Shown here piece after piece: positions 27,145-39,213 of a DNA stretch of 64,000 bases (its first letter is position 1; every line of letters starts with the position of its first letter). The stretch lies in assembly GCA_000934665.2 (NCBI GenBank), contig JYFJ02000723.1, positions 1-64,000 on the forward strand. Direction: 5' to 3'. Made by a program: the position numbers and the translations under genes. The notes under the pieces were generated by a model that was not told where the DNA came from, did no database searches, and saw only the letters and a list, made by a program, of their open reading frames with translations. This stretch comes from Catajapyx aquilonaris (taxonomy: Eukaryota).

Positions 27145-29705
27145 ATGCGTCGGAAGGAGAAGCTGGCGCAGAGGCCGAAGAGGGGGCCGGGAAGAAAGGC
27201 CAAGAAGCAGAAGGAACCGCAGTTTCCTGCAGCCATCCAGAAGGGTAAGTTTGCAGTTACTCTCATCAACTTGCCACAGTCATAAATATCTGCTGGAAGA
27301 TCTAATTACTGGCTCTTTAAAACAGGATTGCAAGTAAAGCGGGATGAAAACAAGCCGTTGAGCCACCGACAGAAGCAGCGCGTTCAGAAGCGGACGCAGA
27401 GGAAGTTGACTGCACAGCAGTTGAAAGAAGAGAGACGCAAGGAGAGGGAGAAGCTGGAGGCGGAGGAGGAGGAAGAAGACACAGATTCAGGTTCAGGGTC
27501 GGAAGATGAGGGACCTAGTAAAAAAGGATTTTCTGATGACAACGCAGAGTGGTTGAAGCCCAAGCGAAAGCGGCTCTTGGGTTCAGATGACTCCGAAGAG
27601 TCTGAAGAAGCGGAGGAAGATGATGATGATGACATTCCAGGCGATGATTTTGGAATTGAGTCATTTGATTCTGAATCGGATGAGCAATCAGGAGAGGATG
27701 AGGATGACGATCTGCTCCCTGTGGAAAAGGCCTCAGCCAAGCTGCGTCAAAAGAAACTTGAGCACAAGTAAGTTGAGTCTATTTCTCTGTATAGTGTACA
27801 ATGCCATTTTTTACCAGAAAAAGGCATATACTGTTCCAGTTGATGCCTTATAAATTGTGATTGTGATGCAGGTCCAGAGCAGAAGAGGAGCTAAAGCTGA
27901 ATGTGAGCCAAGCAGAGCGCTTTATACTCCCATCAGGAGAGGAGATTGAGCAGGAGACTACATCTCTTCTACCAGCAGACCTGACCCTGGTGGACCACCG
28001 GATCAAGGAGGTGGTGTCTGTCCTGTCCGACTTTGCTGCAAAACGTGAACCCAACCGAACTCGCTCAGAGTATATCTCCCTGCTCAAGAGGGACCTCTGC
28101 ACCTACTATGGCTACAACGACTTCCTCATGACTCGTCTCATGTGGCTGTTTGGGATAGCAGAGCTCTTAGAGCACCTGGAGGCCAATGAGGTCAAGCGTC
28201 CCGTCACAATCAGGACAAACACGCTCAAGACAAGGAGGAGAGATTTGGCTCAAGCCCTTATAGGTAATCTGAGCTAGTGTATTTCACAAAATAGTATGAA
28301 AATTTAGTTGCATTGGAGAATTTGTATTATGCTGGCAGTCCGCACTTACTAATTTTTAACATTGTCTTTTTCTTGAAGGTCGCGGAGTCAATCTGGATCC
28401 AGTTGGCCCGTGGTCTAAAGTAGGACTCGTCATATACAGCTCCCAGGTGCCAGTTGGTGCCACACCCGAATACCTTGCAGGCCACTACCTGCTGCAAGGG
28501 GCGTCTAGCCTCCTCCCTGTGATGGCTTTGGCGCCACAGGAAAATGAGCGTATCCTGGACATGTGTGCTGCCCCTGGAGGAAAAGCATCACATATTGCAG
28601 CCCTCATGAAGAATACAGGGACACTGTACGCCAATGATGTGAGCAAGGAGAGGTGCAAGGCAATTGTTGGAAACTTCCACCGCTTGGGAATCTCCAACGC
28701 TGTGGTTTCTGCGTGTGATGGGCGCACCTTTTCCCAGACGATGAAGGGATTTGACAGGGTGTTGCTTGATGCTCCGTGCAGCGGGACTGGGGTTGCTTCA
28801 AAGGACCCTGAAGTTAAGACAGGGAAGGACGAGTCGGATTTGGCCACATGCACTCAGCTACAGAAGGAGCTGCTGCTGGCTGCCATTGACTGCCTTGATG
28901 CTCGGTCAAAGTGTGGTGGATTCCTTGTCTATTCAACATGTTCCATATTGGTATGTCTAATTACAAACCCATATGACAATTTTTGCAAGCGCTGCACATT
29001 TCGCAGCTTCTCACTGATTCCACTTGTGTTGATTAAATTACTGAATACCAAGTAATACATTGCAACTACTGAACTGTTTCATTGTGTTGTTTATTTTCCC
29101 TCTGCAGCCAGAAGAGAACGAATGTGTCATTGAATATGTGCTAAAGAAGAGAAATGTGAAAATTGTGGCCACTGGACTTGACTTTGGACAGGAAGGCTTC
29201 ACCAAATACAGAGAGCACAGGTGGGTCTAAACAACATATTCTAATTTCATCAAGGCTGATGGCATAATATGACAGTCATTGTATTAACATGAAATTCCCC
29301 AATAACAGATTCCATCCAACAATGGAGCTGACCCGCCGCTTCTACCCACACACCCACAACATGGATGGATTTTTTGTGGCCAAACTACGAAAGTTTTCCA
29401 ATCAGAATCCACTTGTTGGTAGTGATGCAGTCGAGGAAGTACCTCCAAGCAAGAAGAAGTTGAAAAAGATGGCCAAAGCCAATGCTTCTTCCGAGACGCT
29501 GATTCCAAGAACTCAAGATGGGGAGCATGTACCACTTGTGTTGAGCCAAGCTGGCTTCAGGAAGTTTCACAAGAAAAAGGAGGCTGCGGAAGCAGCTAAT
29601 GGAGTGGACATTAAGAGACGTCCCAAGAAGAAGAGGCCAGCACCCAAGGATTCCAATAAAACTGTAACAAGTTATCCCAAGAAAAAGAGGAAGCTCCAAT
29701 CTTAA
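27145..29705 (+). CDS. NOP2: 28S rRNA m5C methyltransferase NOP2/NSUN1 (p120)
   Basis: Exons 27145-27244, 27326-27767, 27872-28263, 28379-28950, 29108-29220, 29309-29705. Acidic N-terminus; motifs LDMCAAPGGK, VLLDAPCSGTG, LVYSTCSI, PHTHNMDGFFVAK. Confidence 0.97.
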
Positions 29706-30176
29706 ATAAAGATAATTAGTGCATGACAATATTGGGCTTGGTTCAGATTTATTTAGGCTTGGGTTAAATGTCCATGTAAAACATTGTCACGTGCACATGC
29801 AGCAGTTAGTAGTTTTAAACCAATGTAACTACTATTCCTATACATGACAATGCTGCTATAAAAGTTGCTTGGCACTGCACACACATCAGGTGCTTTATCT
29901 CACCTCTTGTTACTAGACGCCAACTGGCTGAAGTCAAAATCATTGGCTTCTTCTCTCTCAGCCTCCTGCAAAACTTCAACATCCGACAATGTTAAGTGTT
30001 ATAATATATCGTAGCAGAAACTTGGCTACTGCAGAAGAATTTTGTAATCCCAGAAGCAAGATAGGATTTCCCATGTATTGTTGTCTGGTATAGCAGAACC
30101 TTTCTCATTTAGATATGCACAGCATTTTTAGCTCCCTCACTAATGGAAACCTTAGTATAGCTGAATTCAGCATGTG

Positions 30177-30545
30177 GGGAGATGTAGATGGCCGAGATGG
30201 TAACGTCTCGGCTTGCTGAGTGAAAGGCCCCAGGTTCGATCCCCGCCTGGGGAACTTTCCTTTCACCTGCGTCAGGAGGGTCTCTGACCTGCACCAAGGT
30301 ATCTGGCAAACCTAACCTCCTGGGAAACAGCATATGACCCCTTTACCGACATTGCACTTGCACCAATGTTCCCTCCCCAAAAATCCCTATATCCTTACCT
30401 CATGTCCTTTCATCCTTGCACTGGAGTTAGGGAAAAAAAAAAAAAAAAAACAGAAAATTGAAGGAAAAATGGTGGTATTCCACCCCCCCTATAAGGGCCT
30501 ATGGCCCTATCACGGGGTAACGTAAAAACAAACAAACAAACAAAC
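30177..30545 (+). mobile_element. tRNA-derived SINE (family 2)
   Basis: A box TGGCCGAGATGG, B box GGTTCGATCCC, no proper acceptor stem, internal poly-A and an (AAAC)n tail. Confidence 0.75.
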
Positions 30546-31250
30546 CAATTCAGCAAGCCAGGATCGGGACAAACAAAATAAAATTGGCAGAAGCATGCAG
30601 ATATGAAAAACCACCTCCCCAACAGTATTATTTGATCATGAATTTTTTGATGTCACCTTATCTGAATATCCCCACGTCATGCTGTGTCCCTCTCTGTCAC
30701 ATTGGCATCAACTCCCTCATAGCCTCTAGCAGCTTGATGCACTTATGGAATACCATCTTACGCCTCAAGCAAAAACCCTCTATGTGTGGTTTTTGTCATT
30801 TCGAGATAATTGCATTTGAGGGTCGTACTTTCCATTGACAATGATATACATACATGGTTTACTATGTCCCTAACTGCAACGGAGGCTCGTAGAGAAACGA
30901 AGTTTCTACCATTATTGGGCCGCATAAAAGAGAGTGCAGTGGTATGCGTATCTGAACATACTTGGTTTTTGCACATGCAGGGTTTTTGCTTGTGGTGTCA
31001 GTCCTACACACTAGCAATGGTGTACAGTACAGTGTTACAGTACACAAGAGCTCCTTCATCGCTTTGTCTGTTACTGTATCTTTGCTACAAATACTAATCG
31101 TCCAGTCAATTAGCGTTGAAGTTTGCTGTTGCTAGCCAGTACTTTCCATGAGAGATAATATAATATTATGGATGTACTGTAGGCTGCATATCCTCTCCTA
31201 CTTTTCCAACTGCCTTGAAAAATGTCAACATCCACAAGTATCAAGTGTGC

Positions 31251-31541
31251 GCTGGCACTGGTGGTCTGGTGGTTAGCACACTCGCCTCGAGTCCCAAAGT
31301 TGTGGGTTCGAACCCGGCCGAGGTCGGTGACTTTTCTTCGGGTGGTAGAAAAGTGAAAGGGCGCCCTGCCACCTTCCTTCGGTGGGGAAGTAAGCCGGTC
31401 CCGTGTGCTTATGACATTGCACAAGTGCACATTAAAGATCCACAGAGTGGCCAAATTTCCAGGAGGAGGACCACCCCCTGGCGTCAGTGTTGTCTTGCCT
31501 CTTGCGGCAGAAATAGGCTGACGTTAAGCCCCCACTAAAGG
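31251..31541 (+). mobile_element. tRNA-derived SINE (family 3), MetaSINE/tick Ruka-like, with target-site duplication
   Basis: A box TGGTCTGGTGG and B box GGTTCGAACCC. Body GGTCCCGTGTGCT...TGCACATTAAAGATCC...AAATTTCC...GACGTTAAGCCCC. Flanked by direct repeat ATCAAGTGTGC (31240-31250 and 31542-31552). Confidence 0.88.
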
Positions 31542-32492
31542 ATCAAGTGTGCATTGTAGTTGCTCTGCATCTTTCAGCTAAATATTGTTAATTTTCTGTC
31601 ACATGTTGTATATTTTCCCTATTGAAATGACTGGAAATATATATTCACTTAGACACTTTAATTTATTTGCAAAATTGATTGCATCCATTCAACTGTTGTT
31701 AGATGTGTAATTAACTTTCCTTCACACAAACAACAACAACATCACGACATTTCCCTATGAGGGGTAGTCAGCGATGAAGGGAGATGCAAGCTAACCCAAC
31801 TTATGAACTAATAAAACTCATGAGAAAGAACCTAAAAACAACCTGTCCCACCCCCCACCCCTGCCCACCTCAGACATCACCTTATCCTCAGACATATTTA
31901 CCTATTTTCTCTCACACAAACGCAACATAAATTTCTGCAACACTAGCTTAAATTGGTCTACTGATACTGAAATTGAGTGGGTAGGAGTATGGAAGGGTAT
32001 ATACCACACAAAAGTTGTCCTTACCTCATACCATTGGCATACAAGTTAAATCCAGTCTTCTTTACATAATAGTGAATACAGAAATTCCAGCCCCTGAACC
32101 TTTAGGACTAAATGGACTTCTCTACGCAACAGATCATTAAGAATTATACTTACTGTTAGTGGTTGACTAACTCAAAACCATCAAAATTGGACTTTGTGGA
32201 TGTCACTTGCATGCCCATGATATTAAGTATGCTGCGAATTTCCAATCAAGAAGGGGCACATCCCAAAACAGATTTTCTTCCTACAAAATAACACCAAAAT
32301 AGCCGTTACCTGAGCAATGTTATATTTTCATCCCACTTACATCCCAGCTGCTGATAAACACCTCTTGCCTACAAAATCAAATGCTGAGGTTAGGAAAAAA
32401 TTAGTAACAAAGAGGAACTGGGAAATGTTCTAACTATCCATTCATACACAAGTGCACTTTAGTACTCCTTTTATCTCTTTAAGGAAGGGCAT

Positions 32493-34485
32493 CTACTTCT
32501 TTTTCGATAATTTCTCGCACGCCTCATCAAAAGCAGGCTCATTCAAGTTCAGCATCAGGGTTCCTCCACTGAGGAAAATTCTGTTCTGTGAGTTTGCAAC
32601 CTACAAGGAAAAAACGTGTTAATATTAGTGTGTGTGAAAAGAGACAATGCCGGATAGTGTCACGTACTGTTCTAGATATATTCTGGGCAGCACGAATCTT
32701 CCTCAGCTTCAAGTATCCAGGATTCCGCGTCATAGCCTCTCCCAAGTAAGGTCAAAAGTTAAAGATTTTTGCCACTCTGACTTTCATGCCTTGCCTGTAG
32801 TCAACCGTATCATATTAATAAAGTAAATTCATCGCAAATCACTGAAAAAGGATATAAGTTTGGCAGCCTCGGCCTCTCCCTCAGAATGGACAATCTTCTG
32901 CTGCTTCTCCTGTTTGGCCCTCTCAACAACAAATGCTGCCCTCTGCGCCTCCTGGTGCGCCACCTGCTTAGCTTCAACTGCAGCAGTGTACTCCTTCCCA
33001 AAGCTGAGTTCAGTGATGGACACATCATCAAGGATCATAAAAAAGTCCCTGGCCCTGTCAGTCAGCTCCCTTCGGATCATCAGGGAGACCTGCTGCCTCT
33101 GCGTGATCAGCTGGGAAGCATTAAACTTTGCCACCACACTCTTGAGTACCTCGTTGCAGATGGAGGGCAACACCTTCTCGTCATAGTCAAGTCCCAGCTG
33201 ACGGTACATGAAGGGCAGTTGGGTGGCATCAGGTCGGCTCAGAACTCGCAGAGAGATGTTGATCATCTGCAGATCCTTGCTACCAGTAGGGGAAGAAATC
33301 TTGCGTGGGCGTGACCGGATGTCGTAGATGATTGGGTACTGAAACCATGGCAATCGGAAGTGCATGCCTTCCGGGTATATATCATCCTGAATACCCCCAA
33401 TGCGATTGAACATTATCGCCCGATGTCCACCCTCAACTGAAATTGAGAGCACGTGTTCGCACAATGTAATTACAGTAAACCAATAACATGCTATTTAAAC
33501 TGCTACGCTGCAGTATGTAGTAATCTCCCGTCTGCGAAGCACATGCTTATGACAGCCATCAGATTACTAAAGTAAAGTCCCCATGTGTGCAAAGCTGGAC
33601 TTCCTGGCTCCTGACAAGTCTACTCCCCCCCACCCACCACAAAATTTTAAATCAAATTTAATCATAAAAACCCCTCTTATATGTGCCTCCTACCAATCAA
33701 CCGCTTTCCCATGGACCCTCAAAGGAAGCAGTCGCCATTTACGGTACAGGCTGCCTAGACTCATCTCCCTCCGGCCTTACAGGAAGAAACCATAAGCTAC
33801 AAGTTTCCTCCCAAGATACAGAGGTTCAATATTGCCCTAACATTACCAAAAAAAAGTCTGCAAATTGAAACAAGCAGCTTGCCAGGTGAGTCTATCCAGA
33901 AAAGTCCAAAGCAATGACGGGGTAAGTCACACATCTCTCATCATTTGGCTGGTCTTTCAATGAGCACGCTTCGACTAAACTGCGCCAACATGGCAAATTC
34001 CAGTATTGCCAAAAGTAATTGTTATGAGGGGTTAGTCACTTGCTACTATATTGTATTACAGACTTCACGGACTACAAGGACTTTGTCCGCACTCCGCGGA
34101 CTTCACTTGGACTTCAACCGGACTTCAGTCTCGGTGTGCAAAGCCCTTCATAAGTGAGTAAACCCTCGAATTGTTCTGTACAGTGAGGTAGTTCCACCAT
34201 GGGTGTTATTTTACGTGATAGTACAAAACACATAAAAGTGATGCAAGCAAATGGACATATTTCACTGCCAATGAAGATCTCATCTGATCCAAACCCTGAA
34301 CCCTTCCCGTGTCTAGTCCATACAGAAATCAATGCAAATGATGACATATTACCGGTGTAGACAGACTGGGTGACCCCGTAGGCCGCAGCCCCTGCGACGG
34401 CGAGGAGCTTCAGACCGGTCCCGAGTCCCTTCGGGTTCCGCCCCAACCTGCTGGCCAGGTCGTTCAGCTTCCCTGCCCCCGACAT
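32493..34485 (-). CDS. PHB2: Prohibitin-2
   Basis: Exons 34485-34353, 33436-32856, 32745-32668, 32600-32493. Motifs [53 protein letters not shown]. Confidence 0.98.
32746..32855 (-). other. U12-type (minor spliceosome) AT-AC intron of PHB2
   Basis: 5' end ATATCCTTT, branch site TCTTTAAC (32765-32758), 3' end CTTAC. Removal joins AAKL to LGEA in frame. Confidence 0.95.
33553..33951 (-). ncRNA. U85 (SCARNA10)-type composite box C/D-H/ACA scaRNA
   Basis: Terminal stem CAGCCA/TGGCTG, box C ATGATGA (33944-33938), box D CTGA (33562-33559) preceded by U5 antisense CTTTAGTAA. Internal pocket hairpin, H box AGATGA (33766-33761), CAB-like TGAG (33721-33718), ACA (33684-33682). Confidence 0.9.
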
Positions 34486-34794
34486 ATCTACACGCTCCTT
34501 ATTCCTTCCCGGGGCGGCACAACCTCTCGGTGAGTCTCGTCGGCTCCAGAGCGCAACAGAATCCTAAGGTTTGCGATGCGGAGGGACCAGCAGCATGGCA
34601 CGGCAGCTTTTGATCCGATCAAAGATGGCCGCCCATTCCCCTGCTCTTTTTTCGACGGTGCTGACCCGTGCTGACATCTCGCGGGGGATGGGCCTGACAC
34701 CTGTCGACGCACGAGAGAACTCGGTTGTGGAGGAGGCAAAAAATATTGCAAAAATAAAACCAGCTGATTTTTCCTGTATTTATTGGTGTAGATA

Positions 34795-34846
34795 CAGTCG
34801 ACTCCGGATATTATAACCGAAAGTCTGTTATATCCGTAGTCAACTG
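34795..34846. mobile_element. Miniature (52 bp) Tc1/pogo-type MITE remnant
   Basis: TA-CAGTCGACTCCGGATAT...ATATCCGTAGTCAACTG-TA. Termini resemble those of the element at 61352-61908. Confidence 0.65.
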
Positions 34847-35782
34847 TATTTACTCCACTGAAAAATGCAGCCCAAGAAAAGCTTTCCAGGAGGTCATTTT
34901 GCAGTGCCGCACGAAACACTTCTACAAATGCATCAAGTTTATTGCGGTGTGCCACGATCAAAATAATGAGATTTTTGGCCACAAACTGCGCTTTGTCATC
35001 ACACGTGAGACTGTTTTATCTTAGTTCTGCAAGTGTCACCTGTGATGATTTACAGTAGGTTTTCGTGGAAGCACGATTGCGTAGTAAAGATGAAGGGAGG
35101 ATAAAACGATGAGGGTGAATATACTGCTGATGTTAGAGTAGGTCGTGGAACACACATCTTTCCCTCCTATTTCCATATTTGGAGAGTCAATAGTTAACTA
35201 CTGCGCTTGCAAAATGGAGTGGAAAATGTTAACCTTGTATGTTTATTAAATTACTGTACATGACTTTTAAATGCTCTCCAGAGGGAGTGTTTTACAGGCG
35301 TTTTCCAGACAGTAGCAATGATTAAAATTTCATTTTCTACTGGCAGTGTAGTGGCCTACGTTTTCAGCACATATTAATAGTCAGGGGCCGGCATACTAGC
35401 CTACAGTATTGGCCGTACGCATGGTTGTGTTTAAAAATTAACTTATGCCAAACTGAATTTACAGGACCCTTTTTACAGTGTAGCCTACCATATCATTATC
35501 CACCTCTGCATCAAACGGCAGTGATTAATAAAACCTGCATTAGTTTAAACCGTGCGCATGATTTAGCCACAGTTCCAAATGAGAAATGACCACCATTAGG
35601 TACCATAGAGGCTGGTCACATTTTACAACTAATGCACTATTATACTGCAACCCACATTCCTATCATTCAAAAATCACCTTTTAATTACTAAGATACCTTA
35701 CATTAGTGAAATATGAAAATATTCCATTTATGCTTAGTGCATATAATCCGGAAGCAATAAGTATATAGGCTAATATATGTGA

Positions 35783-35837
<55 letters not shown>

Positions 35838-35852
35838 GTTGTCATCATTATT

Positions 35853-35950
<98 letters not shown>
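35783..35950. repeat. Compound microsatellite (CAT)18-(ATG)10-(ATT)~22
   Basis: Read directly from the sequence. Confidence 0.95.
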
Positions 35951-36099
35951 GTTACAATTGAGTTAAGTGGGGTCCACTTAAATTTCTGGGGTCATTTAAA
36001 AAGGGTTGAAAAGGCAGACTACTAAGTAGAGGGTGGGTTATAACTGGGTGGGTGGGTGGGAGGCTGGTTGGCTGGCTGGCTGGCGGATGGGGAAGGGCA

Positions 36100-36267
36100 T
36101 GTGCGTGGTTTCGGATCGAAGTTGCGTCGGTAGCGTCGGGAGCGTCGACCTTCGTCCAAACACACTTGGGCACGGCGGGAACGACAGACGGGACAGGCTG
36201 GAGAGGTGGCTGCAGGGTTCTGGGGGTGGCCCGTCTACGACGAGGACACTGGAGTCCATGTCACCAG
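36100..36267 (+). other. Probable first exon of KLHL17 (5' boundary approximate)
   Basis: CpG-rich block ending in a consensus donor CAG|GTGAGT at 36267/36268, about 3 kb upstream of the first clear coding exon. Confidence 0.55.
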
Positions 36268-39213
36268 GTGAGTGTCGCTGTCAGGTGTGAAGGTGAACTA
36301 TACAAACAGGTGCGTGGGTGTGTATACACACTGTATGAGCGGACCGCCCACTCTGACGTCACAGCGTCTGCTAGGTGCGTGGGAAATCCCATCAAGATGC
36401 TACAGGTGATAGCAATTTTCCTATACTGTGCCCTACTTACCTCAAAATATTTATTCACGCTGTAACTTACTAGAAAGCAAAATTTTGCGACCCAATATTA
36501 TGTCGCTTCTCGAGTAGGACACTACCCAAAACACACTTGAAAGTTTCCTCCCCAACAAGAAGCGAACAATTGCATTTAGTTTCGACTTGGTGTACACTGT
36601 GGTTTCTGGTCATCTTGTTGATTTGTTTATTACAAGCACTTTATTATGACCCCGCTGCAATTTCAACTTTGGTTCAAGAAAACGTTATGGATTGTTGACC
36701 CCATAAGTAAGCAATATCCGCTGGCCAGTACTGGTTACTGTATAAGTTTTTATGATAAACACTGGGCAAGACAATGGGTCTTCCACTATATACCCCCTTC
36801 ATGACCACTGTGTATGCACAGCATTTCACCATTAAAAATTAACATTTTCAGGGAACACAAAAGGGGGGGACGATGGTAAAAGTCATGCCATATCGCATCA
36901 GGGAAGCGGAGACAGCAAGTAGCCATAAATAATAAAAAGATCCGTCCGTAATGATCGCATTTGTCCCAGATTCCGGCTCCCAGAGGACGGGGTGGTCCAG
37001 ACACCAGGAAGTGATAGAAGGGATAAAGTCCTGCCTCCCAAGTTATAAACCCATCTCGGGGACATTGGCCTTACCCGAGTGTAGATCAAGTCCCCTCGGA
37101 ACTATACACACCAAGCTTTAAGTATCGATTGCTCCGTTTGCTTGACACGCGACAAAAGAGCCGCAGAAAGTCAGTCCGCGACAATAACTCTATAGTCGCG
37201 CACCCTGTACATGTTGTCAACCCTGATGCGAGGCACTCATCCCGCGGCTAAATATTATGGAAAGGCACGAAAAGGCTCGGCGTAATGGCCTCTTCTGAAA
37301 CAACAACAGGTGTCAAACTGAAAAGCATTTCCGCGAGCCAGGCGTTGTCGCTCGCAATTACACCATACCCAACACGTTTCAGACACGCGAGCTTTTTGAT
37401 ACATAAAAAGACCGCCGGCTCGAGCTTCCCTATTGCCCGATTCTTAGATCAATATTGTGTGCCGTAGACCTCGGGGCCCCATGAAATAATAACACTTTGA
37501 CCTACCCTGGGTTCGTGGGGATGTTACAAATTTTCTGCACCATAAAACCCATGGCATTTAACATTGCCCTTTTTTGATATAACGGGGCCGCGGATAAAAT
37601 GTCAAGGATGATGACTTATTGTTGTTATACATCAGATAGGAGGAAGCTCACGAAAATTTTCCATCTCGATGCCCCAGTTCATTAAGCAAACCTGGCCACA
37701 AAGACGTGCCCGAAGAAATGATGGGGCCATCCGGAGGAACCTTCCGGGCTGCACGTGCCGCCAGGAAAGTGGTAAGAGTCGTCTCCATAAAACCGAATTA
37801 TCACGAGCTCTCAAGAGTAGTAATTGCATTAATTAATAGACACGTAAGTCTCAGCCGGGAAATTCCAGCCAGTTACCCGTTGAAAATTACACTATTCATT
37901 GTAAAAAGTGTTTTTTTTAATAGTTTGATTGCTAGAACGCCAATTGTATCAGCACAATTTTTTTGACAATATTTGATTACGCACATAAATGTGTATACAA
38001 TATTTAATTGCTTTCCGGCTGACAGAAGCTAATCGAGCTGTTGATACAAGCTGCTCCTTCAGCTGTCCTTCCATATTCATGGGTCCCACATTTTTAGATC
38101 AAACTATAGGATATATAAGCGAGTAAAACCGAGCAGGAATTCTCCAAGCCGCCTTCGCCACGCGTCCTCAATAATTAATTACAGCCAGTCTAATTACTTT
38201 CTGAGACCGGCACGAGGCCGCGTACATTGACTATACTATAGGGTGTACAGGGGCGGCACATGTGCCTGCAGCAAGCGTAGCCCTCACATTTCAATATCTC
38301 CCCTCATCACACCCATACTGAAAGGGGAGATTTATTGATCTCAACCCCCTCTGGCAAAAGGGTGGGGGGAAAGAGAAGTTCACGTGCAAATAAACGCAGA
38401 GTGGCCAAAGGGCTTCGACTGTCTGTTGCTATATGTTCACAACCCAATAAGGAAGAGACGCTGGCTGCCATTGCTCATTTTCATTCCATGTTGTGATTCG
38501 CTCTGAGAAATGCATAAATACAGTAAATAGCGCATAAATACAGTATAGTAAGCTTATAAAGACACTTTAGTGATTTAGAGCCTGCCAGTATAGTATACAA
38601 TGCATTTTCTTTCAGTGTTAGAAGGTGAAAGAAGGAAGGAGCAACTCGTCACTGCCAGCAAAGCTGCCTTATAAATTTTGGGCAATCCCTATAGACGTCT
38701 TTGGAAACACACGACAGTGCAAAAAAAAAAGGAACTTAAGGTAAACGAATGACTCCAGTTTCACTATCGTAAGTGGGCTCTTTGGCCCAAGATGGCTCCA
38801 GAATGGTTAGTAGGTCCAGGAATCCGATAAAATTTATTTCGCTCTGCTCGGTAAAGAACTCCGCCCAGGGTAGACTCAACTGCATCTGGTGCCAACTCTA
38901 ACCCATTCATCATTTCCTCGGAAGGGTGTGAACTCCTACTTTAAAATTGCGAGATCATGAATCAAAATCTGTCTGATTTATCAACACGAGTGATTCATAT
39001 AATGATTTATAGTTTAATAACACGAGGAGCATAAATATTTGCTGAGAGATCTCACAACCATAATTTTAATTCAGAATCATGTTAAGTAGGCCTACATCAG
39101 GCATTTCTTCCTCAATCGACAGGTAATTTTCTTGCACCAATGGACAGGAACGGTGGCCTGAGTTAGAAGAAGCTTCAATTTCACACTCGTCTCATCAAAC
39201 AAGATAATCGAAA

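Noticed and set aside
30177..30255. tRNA gene
   Set aside because: A and B boxes are present but there is no convincing acceptor stem, and it continues into a SINE body and tail. The same applies to the heads near 22950 and 31251.
34184..34205. let-7-like miRNA (TGAGGTAG)
   Set aside because: Only the seed matches; no precursor hairpin.
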